Shown here: positions 39,801 through 49,581 of the stretch, one piece after another
Numbering within the stretch: the first letter of the stretch is position 1
Layout of the letters: every line of letters starts with the position of its first letter
DNA from: a virus
Lineage: Duplodnaviria; Caudoviricetes
DNA: 64,000 nucleotides
Reading direction: 5' to 3' (one strand)
IMG/VR virus record: IMGVR_UViG_3300046167_000801
The notes under the pieces: model-generated
The model's input: the letters and a program-made list of their open reading frames with translations, nothing else
What the model was told of the DNA's origin: nothing
The model's database searches: none
Made by a program: the position numbers and the translations under genes

Positions 39801-40796
39801 ATGGCAATTAAGAAAAAAGATTTTAAAAGTATCAAATCAAAGTTCTCTAAACAGGCGAAGTTTAAGTCTGATAAGTTTTTTGATTTAGGTGATGCGTTTT
39901 TAGATGCTACAGGATTACCAGGTCCGTCCATGGGACATATTAATATGTTTTTAGGACACTCAGATACAGGTAAAACAACGGCACTTGTTAAAACCGCAGT
40001 CGACGCACAGAAGAAAGGTGTACTTCCTGTTTTTGTAATTACAGAACAGAAGTGGGATTTTCCACACGCAAAATTAATGGGTCTTGATATTGAAGAAACA
40101 GTTGATGAAGAAACAGGAGAAATTGAATACGATGGATTTTTCTTATTCAATAATGAATTTCAATATATAGAACAAATTACTGATTACATAAATGAATTAT
40201 TAGACGCTCAGAAGAAAGGTGAATTAGAATATGATTTACTATTCTTGTGGGATTCGGTTGGGTCCGTACCATGTAAAATGACATTTGATGGTAAAGGGGG
40301 TAAACAACATAATGCATCGACGTTAGCCGATAAAATCGGTATGGGATTAAATCAGAGAATTTCAGGTTCAAGACGAGTTGATTCAGAATATACAAATACA
40401 CTTGTTATTGTTAATCAACCATGGGTTGAACTTCCTGATAACCCATTTAGTCAACCAAAAATTAAGGCAAAGGGTGGTGAATCAATATGGTTAAACTCCA
40501 CACTTGTATTTAGGTTTGGTAATCAGAAAAATGCGGGTACTAACCCTATCTCTGCAGTTAAAGACAAGAGAAAGGTAAAATTCGCAACAAGAACGAAGAT
40601 TTCTATCATGAAAAACCATGTAAATGGTCTTGGATATGAAGATGGTAGAATCATTGTGACCGCACACGGGTTTCTAAGTGGAAAAGATTCTACTGAGGAA
40701 AAGAAATCCTTAGAGGGATACAAAAAGGAACACGCAGAGTTTTGGAAAGACCAATTGGGTATCGAGGGTGACTTCGACATCAAAGAGGAGGTATAG
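39801..40796 (+). CDS. RecA/UvsX-like recombinase
   Basis: Walker A GHSDTGKTT, Walker B LLFLWDSVG, NQPW, KAKGGE motif. Confidence 0.85.
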   Translation: MAIKKKDFKSIKSKFSKQAKFKSDKFFDLGDAFLDATGLPGPSMGHINMFLGHSDTGKTTALVKTAVDAQKKGVLPVFVITEQKWDFPHAKLMGLDIEETVDEETGEIEYDGFFLFNNEFQYIEQITDYINELLDAQKKGELEYDLLFLWDSVGSVPCKMTFDGKGGKQHNASTLADKIGMGLNQRISGSRRVDSEYTNTLVIVNQPWVELPDNPFSQPKIKAKGGESIWLNSTLVFRFGNQKNAGTNPISAVKDKRKVKFATRTKISIMKNHVNGLGYEDGRIIVTAHGFLSGKDSTEEKKSLEGYKKEHAEFWKDQLGIEGDFDIKEEV

Positions 40797-40822
40797 AATT
40801 GTTGAACCTATAAAAGGTAAAA

Positions 40823-41839
40823 ATGTCAGTATTATTAGTAGACGGAGATAACTTACTTACAATCGGATTTTATGGAGTAAAAAATTACTTCTATAAGGGT
40901 GACCATATTGGTGGTATATATCATTTCATTAATACTTTAAGAAAATCATTTGAACTTTATAGGTTAGACAAAATAGTTGTCTTTTGGGACGGAGAAGATG
41001 GATCCGCGACAAGAAGAAAAATGTATCATAGATACAAAGAGAATAGAAGACAACGAATTCGTACCGACAAAGAAAAAGAGTCATACACAAGACAAAGAAG
41101 AAGAGTCCAACAATACTTAGAAGAATTATACGTAAGACAAGGTGAGTTTGAATTTTGTGAGACAGACGACTGTATCGCATACTACTCTCAACAATCAAAC
41201 GAAAACACAATAGTCTATTCTTCAGATGGGGACCTAGCACAGTTAGTTTCTGACACCACTAAGGTATATAACCCTTCACACAGGAAACTTTACGGTCAAA
41301 ATGATATAATACTATACGAACACCAAGAAATACACATACAGAACGTTAAAATCGTTAAAATAGTTTGTGGGGATAGATCGGACAATATTGCGGGGATTAA
41401 AAACATGGGCATTAAGAAGTTCATTAAGTTATTCCCTGAATTGAAAGACACCCCACTAGGTATTGAATATGTTATTGAAAAATGTAATAAGTTATTTGAA
41501 GAGGATAAGTATAATAATACTGTCAAAAACTTACTTACAGGTGTTACTAAATACGGTGTTTTCGGGGAAGAATTTTTTAACCTCAATGAGAGTATCGTAA
41601 GTTTAGATCAACCGTTTCTCACGGATGTAGCGAGAGAAACAATCACAGACCTTATACACGAAAAATTGGATCCCGAAGGAAGATCCTATAAGAACACGAT
41701 GAAGATGATGATGGAGGATGGGATATTTACAGTTCTACCTAAATCAGATGACGCGTGGATAAAGTTCCTTAATCCTTTCTTACGTTTAACACGTAAGGAA
41801 AAAAATAAAAGAGTTATAAAAATTAAAACAAATGAGTAA
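40823..41839 (+). CDS. 5'-3' exonuclease / RNase H (T4 rnh / PolI N-terminal type)
   Basis: LLVDGDN, VVFWD, YKENR, ETDDCIA, SSDGDL.QL, GDRSDNIAGI. Confidence 0.9.
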   Translation: MSVLLVDGDNLLTIGFYGVKNYFYKGDHIGGIYHFINTLRKSFELYRLDKIVVFWDGEDGSATRRKMYHRYKENRRQRIRTDKEKESYTRQRRRVQQYLEELYVRQGEFEFCETDDCIAYYSQQSNENTIVYSSDGDLAQLVSDTTKVYNPSHRKLYGQNDIILYEHQEIHIQNVKIVKIVCGDRSDNIAGIKNMGIKKFIKLFPELKDTPLGIEYVIEKCNKLFEEDKYNNTVKNLLTGVTKYGVFGEEFFNLNESIVSLDQPFLTDVARETITDLIHEKLDPEGRSYKNTMKMMMEDGIFTVLPKSDDAWIKFLNPFLRLTRKEKNKRVIKIKTNE

Positions 41840-42284
41840 CAACGAAACTACAAAACTTGAATTTCTACTAACCTTGAATGATAATATTATCTGTCAGAGG
41901 TTCTTTAATGTCAGAGGATTTAACCCAAAAGTTAAAAGATCTTTGAATCTTCACTACGATGTGAAAAATATTTGTGAAGAAATCGAAGAAAATTTGAAAC
42001 AAAAAACTTTGGATTATCTACACAAAGATCAACATTATTTTCCCGTTTTCGACCCTTCCAACAACGAAGGTCCGGACCCAGATGAATACTTCAGAGTAGA
42101 GATTAAGCAGAATGACGATGTATTTATTTCAAGAGCATTCCCTGCACATATCTATCACCCTAAAGTGAGATATTCTGTGGACATTCGACCGATCTTAAGA
42201 AGAGTATTAGGTGGACTAAGTGAGACCTTCTCTTTAGAGGATATAACAACAAAATATATGAATTATAATTTACAACAAAACTAA
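41832..42284 (+). CDS. Hypothetical protein in the replication operon
   Basis: 150-aa ORF overlapping the upstream gene and lying 6 nt before the helicase. Confidence 0.7.
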   Translation: MSNNETTKLEFLLTLNDNIICQRFFNVRGFNPKVKRSLNLHYDVKNICEEIEENLKQKTLDYLHKDQHYFPVFDPSNNEGPDPDEYFRVEIKQNDDVFISRAFPAHIYHPKVRYSVDIRPILRRVLGGLSETFSLEDITTKYMNYNLQQN

Positions 42285-42290
42285 AGTACT

Positions 42291-43682
42291 ATGAGTGAGA
42301 TGAACTTCGGAAAATTAGGAAATCAATTCCAACAAGCATTAATAAAATCAATTATTGAAGACGCCAAATATGGTGAACAAATAATGGAGGTTTTAGAAAG
42401 TAGGTACTTTGACAATAATTCATTTAAATATATTATTACACATGTAAAAGAGTTACAGGATATATATAAAACTATTCCGACATACGAGACTCTTAAACAG
42501 AAGATAATGACTGAAACGTCAAATAATCCACTAGCAGGTAGGTTACATAGTGAGACACTACATTCAATAGAGAACTTAGAAGAGGTTGTAGTGGGTCAGA
42601 CATATGTAAAGGACACGGCACTTAACTTTTGTAAACAACAAAATTTAAGAAAAACAATGAGTGAGGCATTAAAAATCATTGATAAAGGAGATTTTGAGTC
42701 ATATGACAAAATTGCGGATATGGTTAATACGTCACTACAAGTGGGAGCTACAGACGATGATATCGTTGATATATTCGATGACCTTGACAATGCATTAGAT
42801 ATCGATCCAAGAATACCTATACCAACAGGTATAAGTGGATTGGATGATCTTTTAAAAGGTGGTATTGGTACAGGTGAGTTAGGTATGATACTAGCACCCA
42901 CAGGTGTTGGTAAATCAACTATTTTGACAAAGTTTGCTAACACCGCAGCAAACACTGGTCACAAAGTAGTACAAATATTTTTCGAAGATACTCAAACACA
43001 AATTAGACAGAAACATTTCACTTGTTGGTCTGGTTTTAGTTCTGACCAACAGACTGAATCACCTGATATGAAATTACAGACAATCGCGAAGGCACGTGAA
43101 TGTCAAGAAAGAGAAAATTTTGGTGGTTTAAAAATCATCAGAATGGAAAACTACAACACCACTGTTAGTGATGTTAAAAGAAAATTACTAAAATTACAAT
43201 CACAAGGATTCAAAGCAGACTTAGTTGTTATTGATTATGTGGATTGTATGATTGCGGATAGGTCTAAAGGATATGATGAAGAGTGGAAAGGAGAAGGGTC
43301 AGTTATTAGACAATTAGACGCAATGTGTTATGACTTAAATGTGGCGTTATGGACGGCATCCCAAGGTAATAGAAGTTCAATATCTGCGGACATTGTGAAT
43401 GTTGATGATATGGGTGGGTCAATTAAAAAGGCACAGACAGCACATATAATTCTTTCAATTGCAAAGAGTTTAGAACAAAAAGACAATAAGACGGCTAATA
43501 TGAGTTTAATTAAGTCGCGAGTTGGTAGAGATGGAGTTAACTTTAACAACTGTAAATTTGATAACGAATTTATGGAAATCGATGTCACGGAACAAGAAAC
43601 CTTATTGGGTCATCAAATGAGGAAACAAGAACAAGGTATCAACCGTGCTGCAGAGATTTACAAACAAACTCACAATATATAA
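42291..43682 (+). CDS. Replicative DnaB/gp41-like helicase
   Basis: PTGISGLD.LL.GG, Walker A APTGVGKS, VIDYVD, WTASQGNR, IKSRVG. Confidence 0.9.
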   Translation: MSEMNFGKLGNQFQQALIKSIIEDAKYGEQIMEVLESRYFDNNSFKYIITHVKELQDIYKTIPTYETLKQKIMTETSNNPLAGRLHSETLHSIENLEEVVVGQTYVKDTALNFCKQQNLRKTMSEALKIIDKGDFESYDKIADMVNTSLQVGATDDDIVDIFDDLDNALDIDPRIPIPTGISGLDDLLKGGIGTGELGMILAPTGVGKSTILTKFANTAANTGHKVVQIFFEDTQTQIRQKHFTCWSGFSSDQQTESPDMKLQTIAKARECQERENFGGLKIIRMENYNTTVSDVKRKLLKLQSQGFKADLVVIDYVDCMIADRSKGYDEEWKGEGSVIRQLDAMCYDLNVALWTASQGNRSSISADIVNVDDMGGSIKKAQTAHIILSIAKSLEQKDNKTANMSLIKSRVGRDGVNFNNCKFDNEFMEIDVTEQETLLGHQMRKQEQGINRAAEIYKQTHNI

Positions 43683-43706
43683 TCATTAACCTAAATACAT
43701 TAAAAC

Positions 43707-44681
43707 ATGACTGAAAAGATTTTACAAGAAAATCCTGGACGATTTGTCCTTTTCCCTATCGAACATCACGATATATGGAAATATTATAAACAACAAGAAG
43801 CATCCTTTTGGACTGCGGAAGAAATAGACCTAATGCAAGATGTTAGCGATTGGTCTAATAAGTTAAATGACGATGAGAAACATTTTGTTAAACACGTTTT
43901 GGCGTTCTTCGCAGCATCTGACGGTATTGTAAACGAGAACCTCGCAGAAAACTTCGTAAATGAAGTACAATATACTGAGGCTAAGTTTTTCTACGGTTTC
44001 CAAATTGCAATGGAAAATATTCATAGTGAAACTTATTCATTGTTAATTGATACACTTATTAAAGATAAGGATGAACAAAATAAGTTATTTAACGCGGTCG
44101 AAACAATTCCTGCAATTAAGAAAAAGGCGGATTGGGCACTTAAATGGATCGAGTCTGATTCATTTGCGGAGAGACTTATTGCATTCGCAGCGGTAGAGGG
44201 TATTTTCTTTTCAGGATCATTTTGTTCCATATTCTGGCTCAAAAAACGTGGTTTAATGCCGGGATTAACCTTCTCCAATGAACTCATTTCGAGAGACGAG
44301 GGGTTACATTGTGATTTTGCGTGTCACCTATACAACGAACATATCTCTAAAAAATTAAGTAAAACAAGAATTAAAGAGATTATTCTTTCTGCATTAGAGA
44401 TTGAAAAAGAATTCATTCTTGAAGCGTTACCTGTTAGGTTAATTGGTATGAACTCTGAACTAATGTCACAATATCTTGAGTTTGTTACTGATAGATTATT
44501 AGATTCTTTAGGTGTAGCAAAACATTTTAAATCTGAAAATCCATTTGATTTTATGCAAAACATTGCATTACAAGGGAAGACTAACTTTTTTGAGAAAAGA
44601 GTAGCGGAATACCAAAAGGCTGGTGTCAATAACGAAACCGAAGAGGACATAGATTCTGCGTTCGGGGATATGGATTTTTAA
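43707..44681 (+). CDS. nrdB: Ribonucleotide reductase class Ia, small subunit
   Basis: [46 protein letters not shown]. Confidence 0.95.
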   Translation: MTEKILQENPGRFVLFPIEHHDIWKYYKQQEASFWTAEEIDLMQDVSDWSNKLNDDEKHFVKHVLAFFAASDGIVNENLAENFVNEVQYTEAKFFYGFQIAMENIHSETYSLLIDTLIKDKDEQNKLFNAVETIPAIKKKADWALKWIESDSFAERLIAFAAVEGIFFSGSFCSIFWLKKRGLMPGLTFSNELISRDEGLHCDFACHLYNEHISKKLSKTRIKEIILSALEIEKEFILEALPVRLIGMNSELMSQYLEFVTDRLLDSLGVAKHFKSENPFDFMQNIALQGKTNFFEKRVAEYQKAGVNNETEEDIDSAFGDMDF

Positions 44682-44692
44682 TACGGGTAAAG

Positions 44693-47149
44693 ATGAAAGT
44701 AAAAAAGAGAAATGGTTCGTTAGAACAAATGAAATATGATAAGATCACAAGAAGAATTTCTGCATTGTGTTCTGATCTAAATTTAGATTACGTAGATCCA
44801 ACGTATATTACCTTAAAAGTGACTCAAGGAATATATGATGAAATAACCACAACAGAGTTAGACACATTAGCGGCGGAAACCGCAGCGTCTATGACGACAA
44901 CTCACCCCGACTATTCAAAATTAGCGGGTAGGTTGGCAGTTACTAATTTACATAAAACCACACCTAAGAAATTTTCACAATCTATAAAGGAACTATATTC
45001 TTTTATAGAACCAAGAACGGGTAAAGAGTCTTCATTAATATCTGAAGATCTTTATAATTTTGTTATGAAAAACAAAACCGCAATTGATGGTGCGATTGTA
45101 CAGGAAAGGGACTTTGATTTTGATTATTTCGGGTTTAAAACGTTGGAGAGATCTTATCTTTTAAAAATTAGTGGTAGAATTATCGAGAGACCTCAATACA
45201 TGTATATGAGAGTTGCCATGGGTATATGTAAGGGAGATATAGATATGGGTATTAGAATATACAATGATCTATCACAACATTTCTATACACACGCTACACC
45301 AACCTTATTTAATGCGGGTACTAGAAGACCACAAATGTCTTCTTGTTTTCTTATAGGAAATAAAGGTGACGATATAAATGCGTTATTTGATACTGTTAAG
45401 GATGTTGCGAATATTTCTAAATGGGCAGGTGGAATTGGTTTACACGTACATGATGTTAGAGCTAAAGGTTCATATATTAAAGGGACTGGTGGAGAATCCG
45501 ATGGGTTGTTACCGATGATGAAGACATATAATGAAGTTGCGAGATGGATTAATCAAGGTGGTAAAAGAAAAGGTTCTTTTGCTATCTACTTAGAACCATG
45601 GCACGCGGATGTATTCGAATTTATTGAATTAAGAAAAAACCATGGTAAGGAAGAAATGAGAGCAAGAGATTTATTTCTAGCAATGTGGACTCCTGATTTA
45701 TTCATGGAAAGAGTCAAACAAGATGGTGAATGGACATTATTTTCACCTGATGAGGCACCTGGATTGTCTGATGTCTACGACTCACCTGATTCTAAAGATT
45801 TTACAGAGTTGTACGAAAAGTACGAACAACAGGGTAAAGGTAGGAGAGTTGTGAGAGCAAGAAAATTAATGGACGCAATATTAACTGCACAGATTGAAAC
45901 GGGTACACCTTATATGTTATATAAGGATTCAGCCAACTCTAAGTCTAATCAAAAGAATTTGGGTACAATTAAATCTTCCAATTTATGTACTGAAATTATT
46001 GAATATAGTTCACCTACTGAACAGGCGGTCTGTAATTTAGCATCAATTGCATTACCAAAATACATCGTTGATGGAGAGTTTAATCACGATCTATTATATC
46101 AGTATGTTTATCAAGTTGTTAGAAATTTGAATAACGTGATTGATTTAAACTTCTATCCAACAGAAGAGACTAAGAGGTCTAATCTAAAACATAGACCGAT
46201 CGGTTTAGGAATACAAGGATTGGCAGATGTTTTTTGTAAACTTAAATTACCTTTTGAGTCTGAAATTGCGGATACATTACAAACAGATATATTCGAAACA
46301 ATATATTTTGCGGCGATGACTTCGTCTAAAGACTTATCCTCGGAAGTTGGTCCTTATGAATCCATTTCAGGATCACCTATTGAGAAGGGTATATTTCAAT
46401 ACCAAATGTGGGGGTTAAAGGATAAAGACCTATCAGGAAGATGGGATTGGAAATCACTTAGAAAGGAAGTAGTAAAATATGGTGTGAGAAATTCACTTTT
46501 ATTAGCACCAATGCCAACGGCATCGACTGCACAGATTTTAGGTAATAATGAGGCATTTGAACCATTCACTTCAAACCTATACTCAAGACGAACGTTAGGA
46601 GGGGAATTTATTGTAATTAATAAACACCTTGTGGAGAGTTTAATGGAGAACGATTTATGGAGTGATGAAATTAAAAATAAACTTATATTAGAGAATGGGT
46701 CCGTACAAAACATTCCCGAGATTCCTGTAGACGTAAAAGAGATTTATAAAACTGTTTGGGAAATGTCTCAAAAAACTTTATTAAATATGGCAGCGAAAAG
46801 GTCAGTTTTTATTGATCAATCACAGTCATTAAATCTTTTTATAAGTAATGCGACCAAGGCGAAGTTATTGGCGGCACATTTACATGGATGGAATTTAGGT
46901 TTAAAAACAGGAATGTATTATCTAAGGACAAAATCTGCGGTTGACCCACTTAAGGGATTAGGTGTGAGTACTACAAGGACTCAACCAACAGAACAAAACA
47001 CTGAAGATAATAATGAGGTGGATGAAAAACCTAAACCAAATGTTACATCTAATTCATTAATAAGTGATAATAAAGAATTACAAATGGTTTCACAACCTAC
47101 AATACGACCTGACGACTCACCTTTTGAGTGTGAAGGGTGTGGTTCTTAA
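44693..47149 (+). CDS. nrdA: Ribonucleotide reductase class Ia, large subunit with ATP cone
   Basis: N-terminal ATP cone, TPTLFNAG, SSCF, SNLCTEI, VCNLAS, APMPTAS, C-terminal CEGCGS. Confidence 0.95.
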   Translation: MKVKKRNGSLEQMKYDKITRRISALCSDLNLDYVDPTYITLKVTQGIYDEITTTELDTLAAETAASMTTTHPDYSKLAGRLAVTNLHKTTPKKFSQSIKELYSFIEPRTGKESSLISEDLYNFVMKNKTAIDGAIVQERDFDFDYFGFKTLERSYLLKISGRIIERPQYMYMRVAMGICKGDIDMGIRIYNDLSQHFYTHATPTLFNAGTRRPQMSSCFLIGNKGDDINALFDTVKDVANISKWAGGIGLHVHDVRAKGSYIKGTGGESDGLLPMMKTYNEVARWINQGGKRKGSFAIYLEPWHADVFEFIELRKNHGKEEMRARDLFLAMWTPDLFMERVKQDGEWTLFSPDEAPGLSDVYDSPDSKDFTELYEKYEQQGKGRRVVRARKLMDAILTAQIETGTPYMLYKDSANSKSNQKNLGTIKSSNLCTEIIEYSSPTEQAVCNLASIALPKYIVDGEFNHDLLYQYVYQVVRNLNNVIDLNFYPTEETKRSNLKHRPIGLGIQGLADVFCKLKLPFESEIADTLQTDIFETIYFAAMTSSKDLSSEVGPYESISGSPIEKGIFQYQMWGLKDKDLSGRWDWKSLRKEVVKYGVRNSLLLAPMPTASTAQILGNNEAFEPFTSNLYSRRTLGGEFIVINKHLVESLMENDLWSDEIKNKLILENGSVQNIPEIPVDVKEIYKTVWEMSQKTLLNMAAKRSVFIDQSQSLNLFISNATKAKLLAAHLHGWNLGLKTGMYYLRTKSAVDPLKGLGVSTTRTQPTEQNTEDNNEVDEKPKPNVTSNSLISDNKELQMVSQPTIRPDDSPFECEGCGS

Positions 47150-47171
47150 TCACTTTTTTATTATTTTTTTT

Positions 47172-47197
47172 AAACCCACCGTAATGGTGGGTTTTTT
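47172..47197 (+). terminator. Rho-independent terminator after nrdA
   Basis: aaacccacc-gtaat-ggtgggttt with T-runs on both sides. Confidence 0.85.
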
Positions 47198-47234
47198 ATT
47201 TACAACCATTTTAGTATTGAATATATTTATTAGT

Positions 47235-47687
47235 ATGGCAGTAACGTATGGAATTGACTTTCCTTTTAGAGAAAGTCTCACAGGAGATTATTTAAAAATG
47301 ACTACAACCCCTGAAAAAGAGGTTAGAGGGAATCTTATTCACCTTATTCTTACTAAAAAGGGTAGTAGATATTATTTACCTGATTTTGGGACTAGGATAT
47401 ATCAATACATCTTTGATCAAAATGACATGGTTACATTCAACTTAATAGAAGAAGAAATAAGAGAGGGGTGTAAGAAGTACTTACCAAACCTTGACATAAA
47501 CTCAATAAAAGTAATTTCCTCAGAAGATGATTCTGACCCCGTTACAACGGTAGATGAAGAGGATGATGAAAGATTATTTAGACTTGCGGACGAATCAACT
47601 AAACCATACACCGCAAAAGTAAAAATTGATTACACAGTTAATAATGGTGCGTTTTCGTCATCAGATTTTATAATAATTAATATATAA
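47235..47687 (+). CDS. Baseplate wedge subunit, T4 gp25-like
   Basis: True start MAVTYGIDFPF (TATTTAT at 47224); LIHLILTKKGSRYYLPDFGT.IY.YIFD. Confidence 0.85.
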   Translation: MAVTYGIDFPFRESLTGDYLKMTTTPEKEVRGNLIHLILTKKGSRYYLPDFGTRIYQYIFDQNDMVTFNLIEEEIREGCKKYLPNLDINSIKVISSEDDSDPVTTVDEEDDERLFRLADESTKPYTAKVKIDYTVNNGAFSSSDFIIINI

Positions 47688-47688
47688 G

Positions 47689-49521
47689 ATGGCAAAAAAA
47701 ATATCATACGCTAAAAGAGACTTCGCAGGATTAAGGGAGGAATTGGTTAATTTAACTAAGGACTTTTATCCCGATTTAATAAAGAACACTAACGACGCAT
47801 CGATCTATTCGGTGATGTTAGATCTTAACGCCGCAATAGGTGATAACCTACACTACCACATAGATAGAGTTTGGCAAGAGACTATGTTAGACTTTGCACA
47901 ACAAAGAAGATCACTTTTTCATATTGCAAAAACATACGGTATTAATGTACCGGGTAATAGACCATCGGTTGCGTTGTCTGATTTTTCAGTAAACGTACCT
48001 GTAAGAGGTGATAAAGAAGATGAAAGATATTTGGGAATACTCAAGGCAGGGGCACAAGTTTCAGGTGGAGGACAAACGTTTGAAACAATAGAGGACATTG
48101 ATTTCTCAAGTCCGTTCAATAGTAAAGGAGAACCAAATAGACTTAAAATACCAAATTTCGATAGTAATAATAAGTTAGTATCATACACTATCACTAAGAG
48201 AGATGCGATAGTCAATGGGGTGTCAAGAGTTTTCAGAAGAGTAATAGGGGCACAAGATCAGAAACCATTCTTAAAATTATTTTTACCTGAACAAAACGTG
48301 TTAGGTGTAACGTCAATAATTCATAAGGAAGGAACTAACTTCACATCTAATCCATCGACATCTGAATTCCAAAGTGAAAAAAATAGGTGGTATGAAGTTA
48401 AGAGTTTGATGGAAGATAAGGTATTTCTCCCAAACAAAACTAAGTCCTCGGATACGGATAACTTTACTGCGGGAGATTACAAAAGAGTAAGTAATAAATT
48501 TATTTCAGAATATACACCTGAAGGTTATATGTCAGTGACTTTTGGTTCTGGTAATATAGATCCATTAGATAATTTAGATTCATTTAACGATGGTACGTTA
48601 AAAGTAAATTTAGGTACATACCTTAACAATCTTTCCTTAGGTGCAACTCCAAAGAAAAACTCCACAGTCTTCATAAAATATAGAGTAGGTGGGGGTAAAA
48701 ACAGTAATCTTGGTGTTAATGTCATCAATAGTGTTGATAATGTTGAATTTAATGTAACAGGACCATTAGGAAATATTAATAGTCAGGTAATACGTTCACT
48801 AAACGCTACCAATGTTACACCTGCAGTAGGTGGGGCGGACCAACCAACAATTGAAGAAATAAGAAATATGGTTGGGTATAATTTTGCGGCTCAAGATAGG
48901 GCAGTAACACTTAACGATTATAAAGTTTTAATAGAGACCATGCCGTCTACGTATGGAGCACCCGCGAAAGTAAATGTGATGGAGGAAGATAATAAAGTTA
49001 AAATAAAACTTCTATCCTATGATGATGAGGGTAACTTAAATGACACTGTATCAACTACACTTAAAAACAACATTTTAAGGTATCTAACAAACTATAGAAT
49101 GATCAATGACTATATTGATATACAAAGTGGAGAAGTACTTGATTTGGGGTTAGAAATTGATTTATTAGTTGATAAAAACATTAATCAGACAGATATACTA
49201 AAAGATGTGGTTTCTAAATCTACATCGTTCTTTAATATTGAGAAAAGAAAAATGGGTGACCCACTATTCGTAGGTGAGTTACAGAAAGAAATATCAAATA
49301 TCTCAGGTATTGTTAATGTTGTTGATTTAAGAGTTTTTGGAAAGACAGGTGGAGAATATTCCACGGCAGAGGTAAGTCAAGGTTATAGTGACGAAGAGAC
49401 AAAACAAGTTGCCCAATCAGATTCAACAATTTTTATGAAGAGTAATCAAATCTTCCAAATTAGATTCCCTAATAAAGATATAAAAATTAGGGTTAAATCT
49501 TTGGGTTCCACTACATTTTAA
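47689..49521 (+). CDS. Baseplate wedge subunit, T4 gp6 / BaseplateJ-like
   Basis: RDF..LREEL, YRVGGG..SN, AVGGAD..TIEEIR, AQDRAVT..DY. Confidence 0.85.
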   Translation: MAKKISYAKRDFAGLREELVNLTKDFYPDLIKNTNDASIYSVMLDLNAAIGDNLHYHIDRVWQETMLDFAQQRRSLFHIAKTYGINVPGNRPSVALSDFSVNVPVRGDKEDERYLGILKAGAQVSGGGQTFETIEDIDFSSPFNSKGEPNRLKIPNFDSNNKLVSYTITKRDAIVNGVSRVFRRVIGAQDQKPFLKLFLPEQNVLGVTSIIHKEGTNFTSNPSTSEFQSEKNRWYEVKSLMEDKVFLPNKTKSSDTDNFTAGDYKRVSNKFISEYTPEGYMSVTFGSGNIDPLDNLDSFNDGTLKVNLGTYLNNLSLGATPKKNSTVFIKYRVGGGKNSNLGVNVINSVDNVEFNVTGPLGNINSQVIRSLNATNVTPAVGGADQPTIEEIRNMVGYNFAAQDRAVTLNDYKVLIETMPSTYGAPAKVNVMEEDNKVKIKLLSYDDEGNLNDTVSTTLKNNILRYLTNYRMINDYIDIQSGEVLDLGLEIDLLVDKNINQTDILKDVVSKSTSFFNIEKRKMGDPLFVGELQKEISNISGIVNVVDLRVFGKTGGEYSTAEVSQGYSDEETKQVAQSDSTIFMKSNQIFQIRFPNKDIKIRVKSLGSTTF

Positions 49522-49581
49522 AATTCTTTTTCTGTATTATTATTAATTAAGGGAAATTAGGTTCCAATCTATTTATATGAT

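Noticed and set aside
39761-46713. Minus-strand ORFs of 60-130 aa inside recA, rnh, dnaB, nrdB and nrdA
   Set aside because: Fully nested antisense to well-supported genes, with no recognisable motifs.
47064-47234. N-terminal extension of the gp25-like ORF overlapping nrdA
   Set aside because: It runs through the nrdA 3' end and its terminator; the real start is ATG 47235 after TATTTAT.
20320-49521. Bacterial contractile injection system (eCIS/tailocin) or prophage in a host chromosome
   Set aside because: Tail genes are interleaved with phage-type PolB, gp32-like SSB, UvsX and gp41-like helicase plus neck genes; no host housekeeping genes or integrase were seen.
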